DNA of 64,000 nucleotides, from assembly GCA_918797485.1 (NCBI GenBank), contig CAKKNE010000003.1, positions 2,170,001-2,234,000 of the forward strand. The letters are read 5' to 3'. Every line of letters starts with the position of its first letter. Position 1 is the stretch's first letter. Below, one piece after another: positions 10,873 to 20,822 of this stretch. The stretch comes from Pelagomonas calceolata (taxonomy: Eukaryota). The position numbers were made by a program, and so were the translations under genes. A model generated the notes under the pieces. The model was not told the origin of the DNA. It saw only the letters and a list, made by a program, of their open reading frames with translations, and did no database searches.

Positions 10873-11800
10873 TAGATGTCGTATCCGCGGCTCCGCTACA
10901 GCATCACCGGGACGCGCCACGCGGTCTACGGGTGAAGGTGCCGCTCGGTCTACGTGCGGACGCGTCGCTAGGTCTACACGCGGACGCGCGCGGGTGCGCA
11001 ATGGCATGATGTGTAGGGCGTTTCTGGGCCACTCCGGGAGTAATTTTTTCCGATGCCGCCGGTACCCTCTGGCGGAAGTTTGAGACATGTGACATATCCT
11101 CAGACACTAATGGGACAAATGGGACAATGAGATTCCCAGGCCCACAGAGGTATGTCTTGGGGGCCTTTGAGGCGAGGCCTAGACGGCTCACGTCACTGCT
11201 ACCGGCGCTCGTGCGACGGCAAGGGGATCCCGAGATACGCCTCGGATGCGATTTTTGGCCGGACGGCCATGCCCAGCCCAAACTGGGCATGGGTTGACAT
11301 CCAATTGACAACAAGACACTTTCATAATAGCGTCCCGGGGAAGCTGGGGAGCTGTACGGCACTTCGCGTACTCGTGCCTGTGGGGGTATATCAAGTGATG
11401 AAAATCACGAGAGAGTCGGAGAGATAGAGTCAATACAATATATGGGTTCTACTCTCGGTTCGGGCTGCTATCTCGCTGACAGGCCCTCGGACTTGTCATG
11501 GAGACCTCCGGGCAATTTCCACCCCGCCGGGCTGCGGGGCGTGTTTTTGCTGCTGCCGCCCACGCCCCCGCGGGAAGCCTAGGGAGGCGGCCTTGATTTG
11601 ACTTCATGTCTTGCGTGAGGCTCGGAGACCTCCCTAGCCGTTCCGACGTTATTTTGGAGGGCGCCCGGGCCAAAACAGAAAATCGACAAAACCCGATTTT
11701 TGCAGCCTGCGCTCGGCGCAAGCGCGGCGCGTAGCCAGTGCGTCGCGCAAGACGCTCTAAGGATCATCGTATACGCGCAATTGCAAGCATCCATCCAGCC

Positions 11801-14156
11801 ATGCACTGCTTCGCCATCCCTGTTACGGAGCAGGAGCACAACCAGTTCTCCCAGCTGGAGGTCGCGCGCGCGGCGACGCAGACGTACACCGTCGTAGCCG
11901 TGGAACACGCGACGGAAGGACAGCCGCTCGATGTCGCGCAACTAGAACATCTGCAGTCGTTCGCCTCGAGCGCCGCGGGCTGGATGCCGCCGTCTGATCC
12001 CGCCGAACCCATCAAGGCCGTGCTCTTCCACGGCGCGACGTGGGACGACTCCGCGTGCCTCCAGCGCGTCCAAGCGCTCGTCGCCGGGCGCACGGACTTG
12101 GTCGTCGTCACTCAAACGTTCTCGCGCGAGTTCATGCTGAACCGGTGCGAGGCGCGAACCGGCTACCGCGCCAAGGGCGCGTGGTGGTCGTGCGAGACGC
12201 CCCACGACGAGGCCATGCTGGCGGCGCAGACGGGCCGCTGCGACTGGAAGGGGCCGATCGTCTTCTACGTCGACTACATCAACTCGCAAATGGTGCCCGA
12301 GGAGGGTCCGAAGCGCGGCGTGCGCGCCTACGCCCTGGCGACGCAGGCCGAGCTCGCGAAGCCGGGCCGCCGGTCGGCCGAGGGCGTCGAGCGCGTCATG
12401 AGATCGTCGCTCGGGCTGTTGCACCTCGTCGGCATCATGGCGGGCGACGGGCGGCTCTTCGCCGGCGAGCCGCTCGAGGACATCGACGTGACGTTGGTGT
12501 CCCGTGCCGTCGATTGCACACTGCGCGAGGACCCCTGGTCGCTCATGGGTCGGTTGACGTTTGCTATTATTTTGGTCGAGCTGGACCCCGTCGCGCTGAT
12601 GTTCGGCCACAAGATCGTCGTCGATTTTGAAGTCGTCCAGCGGCCGCCGCTCGATGAGGCGCCGCTGCAGTGTCCGATCATCATTTCCGTTTTTTTTTGG
12701 TTGAACGTTGTATTTGACATAGGACAAAACGAACATTGGCCTGCCGACGAGCATGCCTTCGACGCTCGTCGACGTCCAGTCGGTCTTGCTGCGTAGAATC
12801 CAACCCACCACCACGCCATCGACGCGACGACGGCGGCGTTTCCCACGTCCAAAAAAGTAGCCAAAACGACCGCATTCTCGCAGAGATAGAGAGATGTGCG
12901 GGATCGCGACGAAGCCGTCGTCTCTACGCAGGTTGATGGTGAACCAGAGCTGCCCGCCGGGCGTCCTCGACGTGCCCCTCGACTTCGCCGTGGACGACCC
13001 GCGCGCGGTCGACGTGAACGCCTTCCCGGCCGTCCAGGGCTACAAAGACGCCCTCGAGCGCGACGAGGCCGAGCTGCTGCGCGAGATCGCGGAGGCGCTC
13101 GCGGAAAGGAAGGAACGGGACGAGCTGCGCGCCGTCTGGCGGTCGGAGGCCGCCGAGAAGGGCTTGATTACGTGCGGTTTTGTGGCGGTCATCTGTGACC
13201 AATCGGGCTACGGTGGCATCTCGAGTATATGGGGCGGCGACGAAGCTCTAAGCGACGAGCATCGCGAGGCGCTGGCGGACAATCTCTCCAAAATGGGAAT
13301 GTTCACCGTGTCGAGACTAGACGGCGACGTCTTCGAGAACGTCTTCGGCGGTACTTATAGAAGCGAGTTTTTGCCGCCACACGTCATCGGCATTTTCCCG
13401 CACGGGACGAGCTTTCCCAGTAAAACGACTCTCATTCGACCGACAGGGTCATTAACATGCCTCGCCAAAGGTGCCCGCTTGTTTAGTGAGTCGGGTGCAG
13501 TAGCTTTAGTGTTAGCTGCTGGAATGGTGCCGACGCGCGTCCCGCGGGAGGACGGAGGCCTTTCTGCGGTGTCCGAGGCCGCGGATGCGTTCATGGCGAC
13601 GATCGGAGGCGTGGGCGACGGCCTCTGCCTGCTCGGCCACGAGGATTATCATGACCCTTTTGTGAACGCGTTTGCTGCTTATTTACCGAATGTAGAGTGG
13701 AAGCACAATAATGACCCGTTGGTCATTGTGAATCCAGTTCACGAGAAAAGGAGCCGGGCCACGACTACGCGAGAGGCGACTGAAATGAAGCAGCTTGAAC
13801 CGTCACGTCTTTCGCTGGTGCAAATGCGAAGCCTGGACGATGTGGTCTTCACGGTGGAGAGCGTGAAAACGCCCGAGACGCAGCTGGTCTTGATAAAAAA
13901 GTTTGAGACGTTCTTAAAAGATGTGACGGCCGACCCTTCGACGAAGTTCCCTTTAGCTGGTTCGAGGGTCGACGCGCACGGCGCTCGCAATGAGATGAAA
14001 GTGGTCGCAGACTTCCTAAAGACCGGCAAGAGGGGCAACAAGAAGAAGAAGGCCGAGGACATGCTCGACAAGCTCTACACGCTGCGGAAATTGCCGCGGA
14101 AGTACTTCATCGAGAAGGCCGCGGCCGAGGCGGCGGCGGCGGCGGCGTCGCCCTAG
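11801..14156 (+). CDS. Hypothetical protein; probable exons 11801-12792, 12884-14156
   Basis: Two long ORFs join in frame via a GT-AG intron at 12793-12883 that carries the CACGCCATCGACGCG motif. Confidence 0.6.
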
Positions 14157-14242
14157 GCTGTTGTGTGCTAAGTAGTTCAACTAGTATTACGACTGGGGTT
14201 CGACAGGGTGGTTTCGATTCGAATTTTGACGTCCACAGGACA

Positions 14243-16292
14243 TCAGGCCGCGCTTTCGCGCGGCCGCGGCCGGACCAGCGTGCCCGTCGGGTCCAGTTCG
14301 ACGAGGCGCGAGTGCTTCAGGACGCGCGCCAGCGACGCCACGTCGGCGCCCATGGCCGCCAGGTTCGGAAAGGCCGCGAGCGCCGCGAGGTCCACGTAGC
14401 CCCCCGTCGCCTCCTGGAGGCCCCGCAGATATTCGTCGTCCGCAAGGTTCGCCGGGCTCAGATAATGATGCACCTGCTGCACGAGCGCCACGCCGCGCGC
14501 TAATTCGTCGTCCGCGACGGCCGCCGCGTCGCTCTCGGGCAGCTCGGCCAGCGCCAGAACCAGCGCGTCGGCGTCGACGGCGGCGCGCCCCGCGACGATG
14601 GCGCACTGCGTGGCGCCGGGCTGCATCGCCGCCTGGGCCACGGCCTTGGCGACGCGCGCGCGCCTCCCGCACCTCGCCTGCTCGTCCACGGAGCAGTCGC
14701 CGACGCACACCAACACGCTCCGCGGAAGCGAGGGCGGCGAGCCGACGACCGGGCTCGCCTCGCCGGGCTTCTCGCAGTCGCAAGCCTCGTCGCCGCAGTC
14801 GCCGCAGTCGACGGGCCGCGACGGCGCCGGCGGCCGCGCGTCGCCGCAGTCGCAATTCTCGCCGCAAGAATTGGACTCGACGGGCCGCGGCGCCGCCGCC
14901 GGCCGCGCGTCGCCGCAGTCGCAGGCCTCGCCGCAACCCGACGATGGTTCGGCCGGCGGCTCGACGGGCCGCGGCGCCGCCGCCGGCCGCGCCGGCCGCC
15001 GCGCGCGCCACCGTTGCGCGCAGCGCGCCGCCTGTACCGCTGCCGAGCCTCGCGTCGCGAAGGCGATGGAACAGCCCGTTTCGCGAATGGGCGGCGCCCG
15101 CAGCGCCTGTGTGGAAATCAAATTACAGGCGCCCCACGCCATCGACGCGATGTTGTTCCCGTGACCGCGTCGGCTCGATGGCATGAAGGCTCACGAAGGT
15201 AAACCTAACTCACTGGTTGATTTCCACACAGCGCAGCGCATCGTCGACCGCCGCCTTCCGCGGGCAGAGGGCTACCTCGTTGCACTCGAGGCAGGCCGCG
15301 CAGTTTGCCGCGTCGTGCAACGCCGCCTGTGTGGAAATCAGAATTTTACGGCGCGTTGCTTGAATCATCGCGTCGTCCTCCGCGCCATCGACGCGACGAC
15401 GCACTGATTGATTTCCACACAGAGCACCACCTGCGGGACTTCTTCAATATCTGGCAATTCCTCTGTGGCGTAAGCACAACCAACCTCCGCGTGCGAGTTG
15501 AGTATCGAGCGCATCACGTACGCCGACGGGTTGCGCACGGCGTCGCCCTTCCGCCTTAGGTTGTCGAGGATGCGGTCCGCCTCTTTTTCAGGGAGGTTGG
15601 CTAGTGCCGCGGACGCCTTGGGGTCGAGCGCGTCGCAGGGGTCCTTCTGCTCGCCGTCGTCCGTGGCGTCGGACTCGTCCCCGCCGGACGGGGGCGGGGG
15701 CTGGACTCCGGGCGCCTCATAGGGCACCCCCTGGGGCACGAAGGCCGGGGCCGCGGGCGACGGCGCGAAACCCTCAAAGCCCGGCGGGCTCTCATTTAGA
15801 GGCGGCGGCGGCCCGTAGTTGTAGTACGGTACCTGTTTTGAAATCAAATTTCGCGGCGCATCTCCGATGGCGTGGCGGGGCGCGTCTCTCACCGCTCGGT
15901 CAGCAGGATCGCGTTGATTTCCACACAGTACGGTACGTAGTACACGGCCCCCGGCGGCGGCTGCGGGCGCAGGGATCCGCCGCCGTGGCAGTGCGCGTTC
16001 TCGACCGACCGGACCTGTGTGGAAATCAACCAGTGAGTTAGGTTAGGACAACGGTGTCGACGGCGTGAGACGCCTGAATTTTGATTTCCACACAGGACCG
16101 GACCACGTAGGCCGACGGGTTGCGAACGTTGCCTCCTTTGTTCCTTAATTTGGTGAGGATCGAGGCGGCCTTCTGCGGCGGCAGCGTCGCAAGCGCGGCG
16201 ACGGCGAGGTCGTCGAGACCATCGTGCCCGGCCTCGTAATCTGCGCGCGGCGGCGAGGCCGGGGGCGACGCCTCGTGGCCGCGCCAGGCCAT
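14243..16292 (-). CDS. La-motif RNA-binding protein with two N-terminal NURR/hnRNP-Q-acidic-domain-like repeats; exons 16292-16104, 16014-15937, 15832-15431, 15326-15240, 15106-14243 (539 aa)
   Basis: C-terminal QQVHHYLSPANLADDEYL...GYVDLAALAAFPNL...LVELDPTGTLVR is a La motif. Removing four introners gives one uninterrupted ORF. Confidence 0.82.
14745..15005 (-). repeat. Coding tandem repeat, about 4 imperfect units encoding ARPAAAPRPVE..CG(E/D)xCDC
   Basis: Repeated GGCCGCGCGTCGCCGCAGTCGCA and TCGACGGGCCGCG blocks. Confidence 0.75.
15107..15231. mobile_element. Introner #3 (GC-AG intron on minus strand)
   Basis: TIRs present. Perfect TSD CGCAGCGC, which reads GCGCTGCG on the minus strand (GC donor at 15239). 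Confidence 0.95.
15327..15422. mobile_element. Introner #4
   Basis: TIRs present. Diverged TSD AACGCCGC/AGCACCAC (5/8). GT donor at 15430 on the minus strand. Confidence 0.92.
15833..15928. mobile_element. Introner #5
   Basis: CTGTTTTGAAATCAA/TTGATTTCCACACAG with perfect TSD TACGGTAC. Confidence 0.93.
16015..16095. mobile_element. Introner #6
   Basis: TIRs and perfect TSD GACCGGAC. Internal orientation is opposite to #3-5. Confidence 0.95.
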
Positions 16293-16540
16293 CGCGCGCG
16301 GTTCCCTCAGTATCTGCGGTTTCCTGCAGTCCCTCCCACAAAACGAGGTTGGGGCTCGTTAAAGCTGTTGCGGCCGGGGCCCTGCGCAGCGTAGGCGTGG
16401 CTGGCGCTGCAGCGATGCACCCTAAATGCAATCGCCGGGCCCAGCTGGCGCGCGCGGGCGGTTGTTTCTTTGCCTCAACGCGAGCCCCGTTAATCGATCG
16501 GATCTAGCGCACACATAGTCTCTAGCTCCGTACGGGTGCT

Positions 16541-16564
16541 CACTAGTTCTAGCACCGTAACAAT
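16541..16564. repeat. 24-bp dispersed repeat, exact reverse complement of 36571-36594; partial copy at 16623-16637
   Basis: CACTAGTTCTAGCACCGTAACAAT versus ATTGTTACGGTGCTAGAACTAGTG. Confidence 0.85.
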
Positions 16565-16688
16565 AGCGGTGGGTACGGGGAACCCGCGACGTAACTAGCC
16601 TGAGCCTGAGCCACCGTCGAACCACTAGTTCTAGCACGTTACACGTCTTTCACTTGAATACAGTCGTAATAAATAGTTGAACTACTCC

Positions 16689-17192
16689 CTACGGCACTAC
16701 GGGGTCCCAGGTGATCACGAAGACGAAGAGGCACGCGATGATCGCGCAGGCCTTGATCGTGTTCGAGCGCTCGAAGTCCGAGATCCGCTTCTCCGTCGCG
16801 CCCGTCGGGTCGTCGTCGATGTACGCCTGCAGGAGCGGCGACCGCCGCTGGCCGAAGCCCGCCTGCTGGATATTTTCCGGTCGCCGCTGTCGCTGTTCGA
16901 CGACGCCTTTCGAGTTCGCCGCCGCGTCGAGGACGAACTTGTCCGGATCGAGGAGGTACCGCGCGTACTCGAGCTCGGCGTCGCGCGTGCTCAGGCGCTT
17001 TTGCTTCGCATACTTGGCGACGGTGTCCTCGAACTCCGCCCGATTCGTGGCCTTTTGGAGCGAAACCATGGCCTCGGGAGATAGGATGTTGAGAGACGTC
17101 GACGGGCGGCGGCCGTTTCGCAGGGCCTTGGCCGGCAGCAATGCGTTCACGCACGGCAGAAAAGCGGCGAGGAGAGCGAGACGCGTCATCAT
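16689..17192 (-). CDS. Hypothetical protein with signal peptide and C-terminal TM (possibly plastid-targeted)
   Basis: MMTRLALLAAFLPCVNALLP presequence, hydrophobic C-terminus and GC3 bias. Confidence 0.7.
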   Translation of the reverse strand: MMTRLALLAAFLPCVNALLPAKALRNGRRPSTSLNILSPEAMVSLQKATNRAEFEDTVAKYAKQKRLSTRDAELEYARYLLDPDKFVLDAAANSKGVVEQRQRRPENIQQAGFGQRRSPLLQAYIDDDPTGATEKRISDFERSNTIKACAIIACLFVFVITWDPVVP

Positions 17193-17387
17193 TGTTGCTT
17201 TGCTGCAGCGTCTGGGCTTTGCACAGATATGCTCTCTCAGGAGCTTAAGTATCTCTATACGTCAGCAGGGTTGCCGTGGTTTCAACCCGAGTGAGAGCTG
17301 TACTCAGAGAAGCTTTCCTGAAGGCGGCGGCAGCGATGCTCAGCTAGAGACGGAGACAAAGCTGCTCCAAAGACGAGCTTTTGGCTT

Positions 17388-17409
17388 GCTAGTGTCTTAC
17401 AGCGCTAGC
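17388..17409. promoter_or_regulatory. GCTAG-motif copy
   Basis: GCTAGTGTCTTACAGCGCTAGC, about 195 bp upstream of ATG 17192(-). Confidence 0.6.
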
Positions 17410-17488
17410 TGAAACTACGAACTCGTCACAACGTTGTATGGAAAATTTTACACCAACACACAGATAAATAAAACGGCCCAGGAGGAGG

Positions 17489-18541
17489 TCATCTCGACGA
17501 CGGCGGCGGCGTCTCGTCAACGACGACGGCCGACTCCGTGGCGGCCGACTCCGCGTCGCCCTCCACCTCCTCCCTGCCCTTCTCCTGCCAGTTCCACAAT
17601 AACACCGAGTGAACAGACGCGTCCGGCGGCGCCAGCAACCAGCCCGCCTTCCACATTCCAACCAAATACAGACCAATAAACACGGCCTCGATGAACCCAT
17701 AATACAACGGCACGCCGACGGCGCGCGACGCTTTATCTCCATCAAACATCGACAGCGCCACGACCGTCGCGATACCAGGATTCTGATAAGCACATTCCAC
17801 AGCGACGGTCGCCCGCGCCGGCTTTGTTAATGAAGCCGCCGCCGCGAGTACTGTTGATAACGCCAGGCCCACCAGACAAGGTAAAGCTACCGCCACATAA
17901 AAGCCCGCGTGCTTGTCCCAGACCGGCTCGTCGCGCGACGATACCAAAAACGCGACGGCTATTAAAGCTACGCCAGACAACTGGCCGAGCGCGTTGAAGA
18001 AGGCTCTGGCTTTTGTACCTTTACTACTCTTCTGTTTCCTGGGAGCGTCCCCCACGGGTTCCTCGGCCGAGCCGAAGGCCACGCCGGCGGCCAATCCTAA
18101 CAAAATAGCTGCTAATACGACACCGATGGAGAGAAACAAGCCGCTCCACCGCAGATGCCTGTCGGCTCTAGTACCATAGGCCGCCGTGACCCAAATAATC
18201 AAATTGAGTGGAAGTAATCCGAGAGATAAAATGGTCGAGGCCGTCGTCATGGCCACGCTCAGCGCCAGGTCCGCGTTTAAGAGCGAGCACCACCAGTTGC
18301 TGTAGGAGCCGCCGGGCGACGACGTCACAACTAATAAAGTGACGCCATAAACCTCGCCCAGATCAAAGATCTTCACCACGCAAAACCCGAGGAACGGCAA
18401 TAACACGAATTGGCACAGCAGGCCACAAACAACGCCTCTCCCAAACCTTTTCCGCTCGACCCAGGCCTGGCGCACGTCGACGGACGCGCTCAGTCCAAAA
18501 ACTAATAGAAAGAGGGGCACGAAGTAGGCGATCTGCTGCAT
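17489..18541 (-). CDS. Bile acid:sodium symporter (BASS/SLC10) family transporter
   Basis: GLLCQFVLLPFLGF, SSPGGSYSN, ADLALSVAMTTAST and ECAYQN motifs. Confidence 0.92.
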   Translation of the reverse strand: MQQIAYFVPLFLLVFGLSASVDVRQAWVERKRFGRGVVCGLLCQFVLLPFLGFCVVKIFDLGEVYGVTLLVVTSSPGGSYSNWWCSLLNADLALSVAMTTASTILSLGLLPLNLIIWVTAAYGTRADRHLRWSGLFLSIGVVLAAILLGLAAGVAFGSAEEPVGDAPRKQKSSKGTKARAFFNALGQLSGVALIAVAFLVSSRDEPVWDKHAGFYVAVALPCLVGLALSTVLAAAASLTKPARATVAVECAYQNPGIATVVALSMFDGDKASRAVGVPLYYGFIEAVFIGLYLVGMWKAGWLLAPPDASVHSVLLWNWQEKGREEVEGDAESAATESAVVVDETPPPSSR

Positions 18542-18818
18542 GGCTCGTTACCGCGGCCTCTTTGTATATTTGTCGGCGCGATATTGGCCGCGGTGTATTT
18601 TCTTGCAGATCTGCGGCGACGGCGTGCGATCACAGCCCAGCGTTTCGGCCGCAGCAGGATGTAGATTATTGACCCTGCTGGGGCGCTGCTTTGGCTGCGG
18701 TCGCTGCTGCTCGCACTGTTCGCGCGAACGTCTAAGAGAAGCAACGGGTCCCCTTACAGCCTCGAATTGCAACAAATGGCCAGATAATGGCTCACGTGTG
18801 CGCTAAAAACCAGGCCGG

Positions 18819-18840
18819 GCTAGCGGTGTGAAGACACTAG
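18819..18840. promoter_or_regulatory. GCTAG-motif copy (reverse orientation)
   Basis: GCTAGCGGTGTGAAGACACTAG, about 280 bp upstream of ATG 18541(-). Confidence 0.55.
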
Positions 18841-18922
18841 AAATCAGGAGTCCGTGCGTTTGGGCTTGCGAAAACCAGGTAACACGCCGTCGACGACGAC
18901 GCCTATTCAAAATACGTTATAT

Positions 18923-19582
18923 TTAATAGCCGTCGTCGTACGCGTACGGCGCGGGCCGTTGCTTCGGCTCGGGCCGCGTCGGCGCGAGCGGCCCGGCCCA
19001 GGGCGCGGGCGACGGTTTTGGGGCTTCATGAAAGACTGGCCGCGTCTCCCAGGAGATGTGGCACTCGTGCTGCTTCGACGCGTTCCGGCCGCGCGCGTTG
19101 TACGACGCCGCGTAGGCGTCGTTCCTCGTGGCCGCTTCTGCTGGCCGCGTGCGCTCGAACGACTCGGGAGAGAAGGGAGGCTTCTGCTTCTGCAGGAAGG
19201 GGTCGGGACATTGCGTCTTGGGATACGACGGGTCGAGCTTGACGATCGTCGAGGGATAGTTCGCTTGCAGGTGGCACGATCGCAGCGACGGATAGTGGAT
19301 CTCCGTGGCGTGCTGCTTCGCCGCCGCCTCGTCGAAGGCGCGCGTGTGCGGGTTCACCGGCTTGGCGCGGATGCCCAGGTGCGACGTCGAGATCTGCGAG
19401 GTGCTGACGCCAAACCCGTTCGGCGTCTTCTTCGTTAATGGACGGGCGCAGTCCGGGTAGGGGAACGGCGTGTCGATGAAAGGTTTGGTGAGCGTGAAGG
19501 GCTCCTGGGGGATGGGCGGCGGGCTCCGCGGCGTGGCGAGCTTCTCCTTGAGCTGGGACTCGGTGAGCATTCCAGTCGCCAT
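18923..19582 (-). CDS. Hypothetical Pro-rich protein
   Basis: 219-aa ATG ORF with strong GC3 bias. Confidence 0.65.
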   Translation of the reverse strand: MATGMLTESQLKEKLATPRSPPPIPQEPFTLTKPFIDTPFPYPDCARPLTKKTPNGFGVSTSQISTSHLGIRAKPVNPHTRAFDEAAAKQHATEIHYPSLRSCHLQANYPSTIVKLDPSYPKTQCPDPFLQKQKPPFSPESFERTRPAEAATRNDAYAASYNARGRNASKQHECHISWETRPVFHEAPKPSPAPWAGPLAPTRPEPKQRPAPYAYDDGY

Positions 19583-19840
19583 CCTTCTGGCGCGCGCTGC
19601 TTGCCGCGGTTCGGTCGTTCGTTCGAGGCGCTCCCTGGCGCTGCCCGGAGCTTATTGGGCAGCTGTTTTGGCCTGTTTTTACTGAGTCTCGGCGCTGCAG
19701 TGATTTTTGGGTGCGGGTTCTCCTGTTTCGTCGAGATGAATCTTGTGTCCAACGTAGGCATGCGAGGGCAGGACGTGTGCTAGCCCGAGCCGAGCCGCTG
19801 CTCTTGCTGCCCAAGCTATCAAAGCTAGCTGCAGCAGAGC

Positions 19841-20022
19841 ATCATAGCTTGATCGGCGCGCTGTGGCCGTCGGTGCGGCGCGACGGTTGGCATTCATTCG
19901 CTGCGTTATAACTCATCGCATCTGAACCTGCATCATAGCTTGATCGGCGCGCTGTGGCCGTCGGTGCGGCGCGACGGTTGGCATTCATTCGCTGCGTTAT
20001 AACTCATCGCATCTGAACCTGC
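19841..20022. repeat. Perfect 91-bp tandem duplication
   Basis: 19841-19931 is identical to 19932-20022 (ATCATAGCTTGATCGG...CATCTGAACCTGC). Confidence 0.95.
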
Positions 20023-20137
20023 GCGTCCCGAAACTCGAAGCGGAGGGAGAGAGCAACCCTACGCTCAGAGCGCTGTAAGCTTGGGACGCGATACGCGTGC
20101 CGCTAGAGCTGCAGGAACGCGCACGTAGTGCCGCATC

Positions 20138-20536
20138 ATGGCAATGCAAGCGCTCCTCCGCCGCGCGCCGCGCCTCGCCATGCGCGCACGAAGAGCCGCG
20201 CCATTCGCCACCTTCGACGAGTCCGGCCAGCAGCAGCCAACCAAAAACGCCAACGAGACCTTCGTGCGGACACCCTTTATTGGAGACGGCTATTTTAATG
20301 ATGAGATGGGCGAGCTCTTCGAGTACACGGTACAAGTAGGCGACAGCGTCGCGGCCGACGACACCGTGGCCGTCGTGGACACCCACAAGGCGTCGGTGGA
20401 TATAAGGACGCCGGTCGCCGGGACGGTCTCGCGGCTGCTCTCCACCCCAGGAGACAAGATGTGGGAGATCCAGCCGATCCTCACGCTGATATCGGACGTG
20501 CCGAGCTCGTCGCCGCGCGTGAAGATGAAGAAGTAG
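20138..20536 (+). CDS. Stand-alone lipoyl/biotinyl-domain protein with mitochondrial-type presequence
   Basis: Arg/Ala-rich N-terminus; VQVGDSVAADDTVAVVDTHKASVDIRTPVAGTV. Confidence 0.82.
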   Translation: MAMQALLRRAPRLAMRARRAAPFATFDESGQQQPTKNANETFVRTPFIGDGYFNDEMGELFEYTVQVGDSVAADDTVAVVDTHKASVDIRTPVAGTVSRLLSTPGDKMWEIQPILTLISDVPSSSPRVKMKK

Positions 20537-20609
20537 GTCGATCGGTCGGGGGTCTAAGGTCACCCGTCGACTTTGTTCGGGGCGCGCGCGCCGTCGACGG
20601 GTCACGTAA

Positions 20610-20634
20610 GCTAGCGGTCCGTAAAGACACTAGC
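20610..20634. promoter_or_regulatory. GCTAG-motif copy (reverse orientation)
   Basis: GCTAGCGGTCCGTAAAGACACTAGC, about 190 bp upstream of ATG 20823(+). Confidence 0.6.
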
Positions 20635-20822
20635 AACCGAGGGAAGCAGCGCCGCGATCCAGGGCGCACCGTGCGGCACTGCTCGTCCAACCGGCGCGTG
20701 GAACTGTGTTTTGCTATCTGGGTGCCTGTGCGCCGGCGTACAGCGAGACTTGCCTGCTGCAAATAGCTTGCTGCGATCTGTTGCTTGCAACACCGCACCG
20801 GCCATCGACCTAGCGCTGCGAA

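Noticed and set aside
14190..14230. GGTTCGA B-box-like sequence
   Set aside because: No cloverleaf; it lies in a short spacer between convergent genes.
16036..16048. TTAGGTTAGG telomere-like repeat
   Set aside because: Only two units, and it is part of the introner subterminal sequence.
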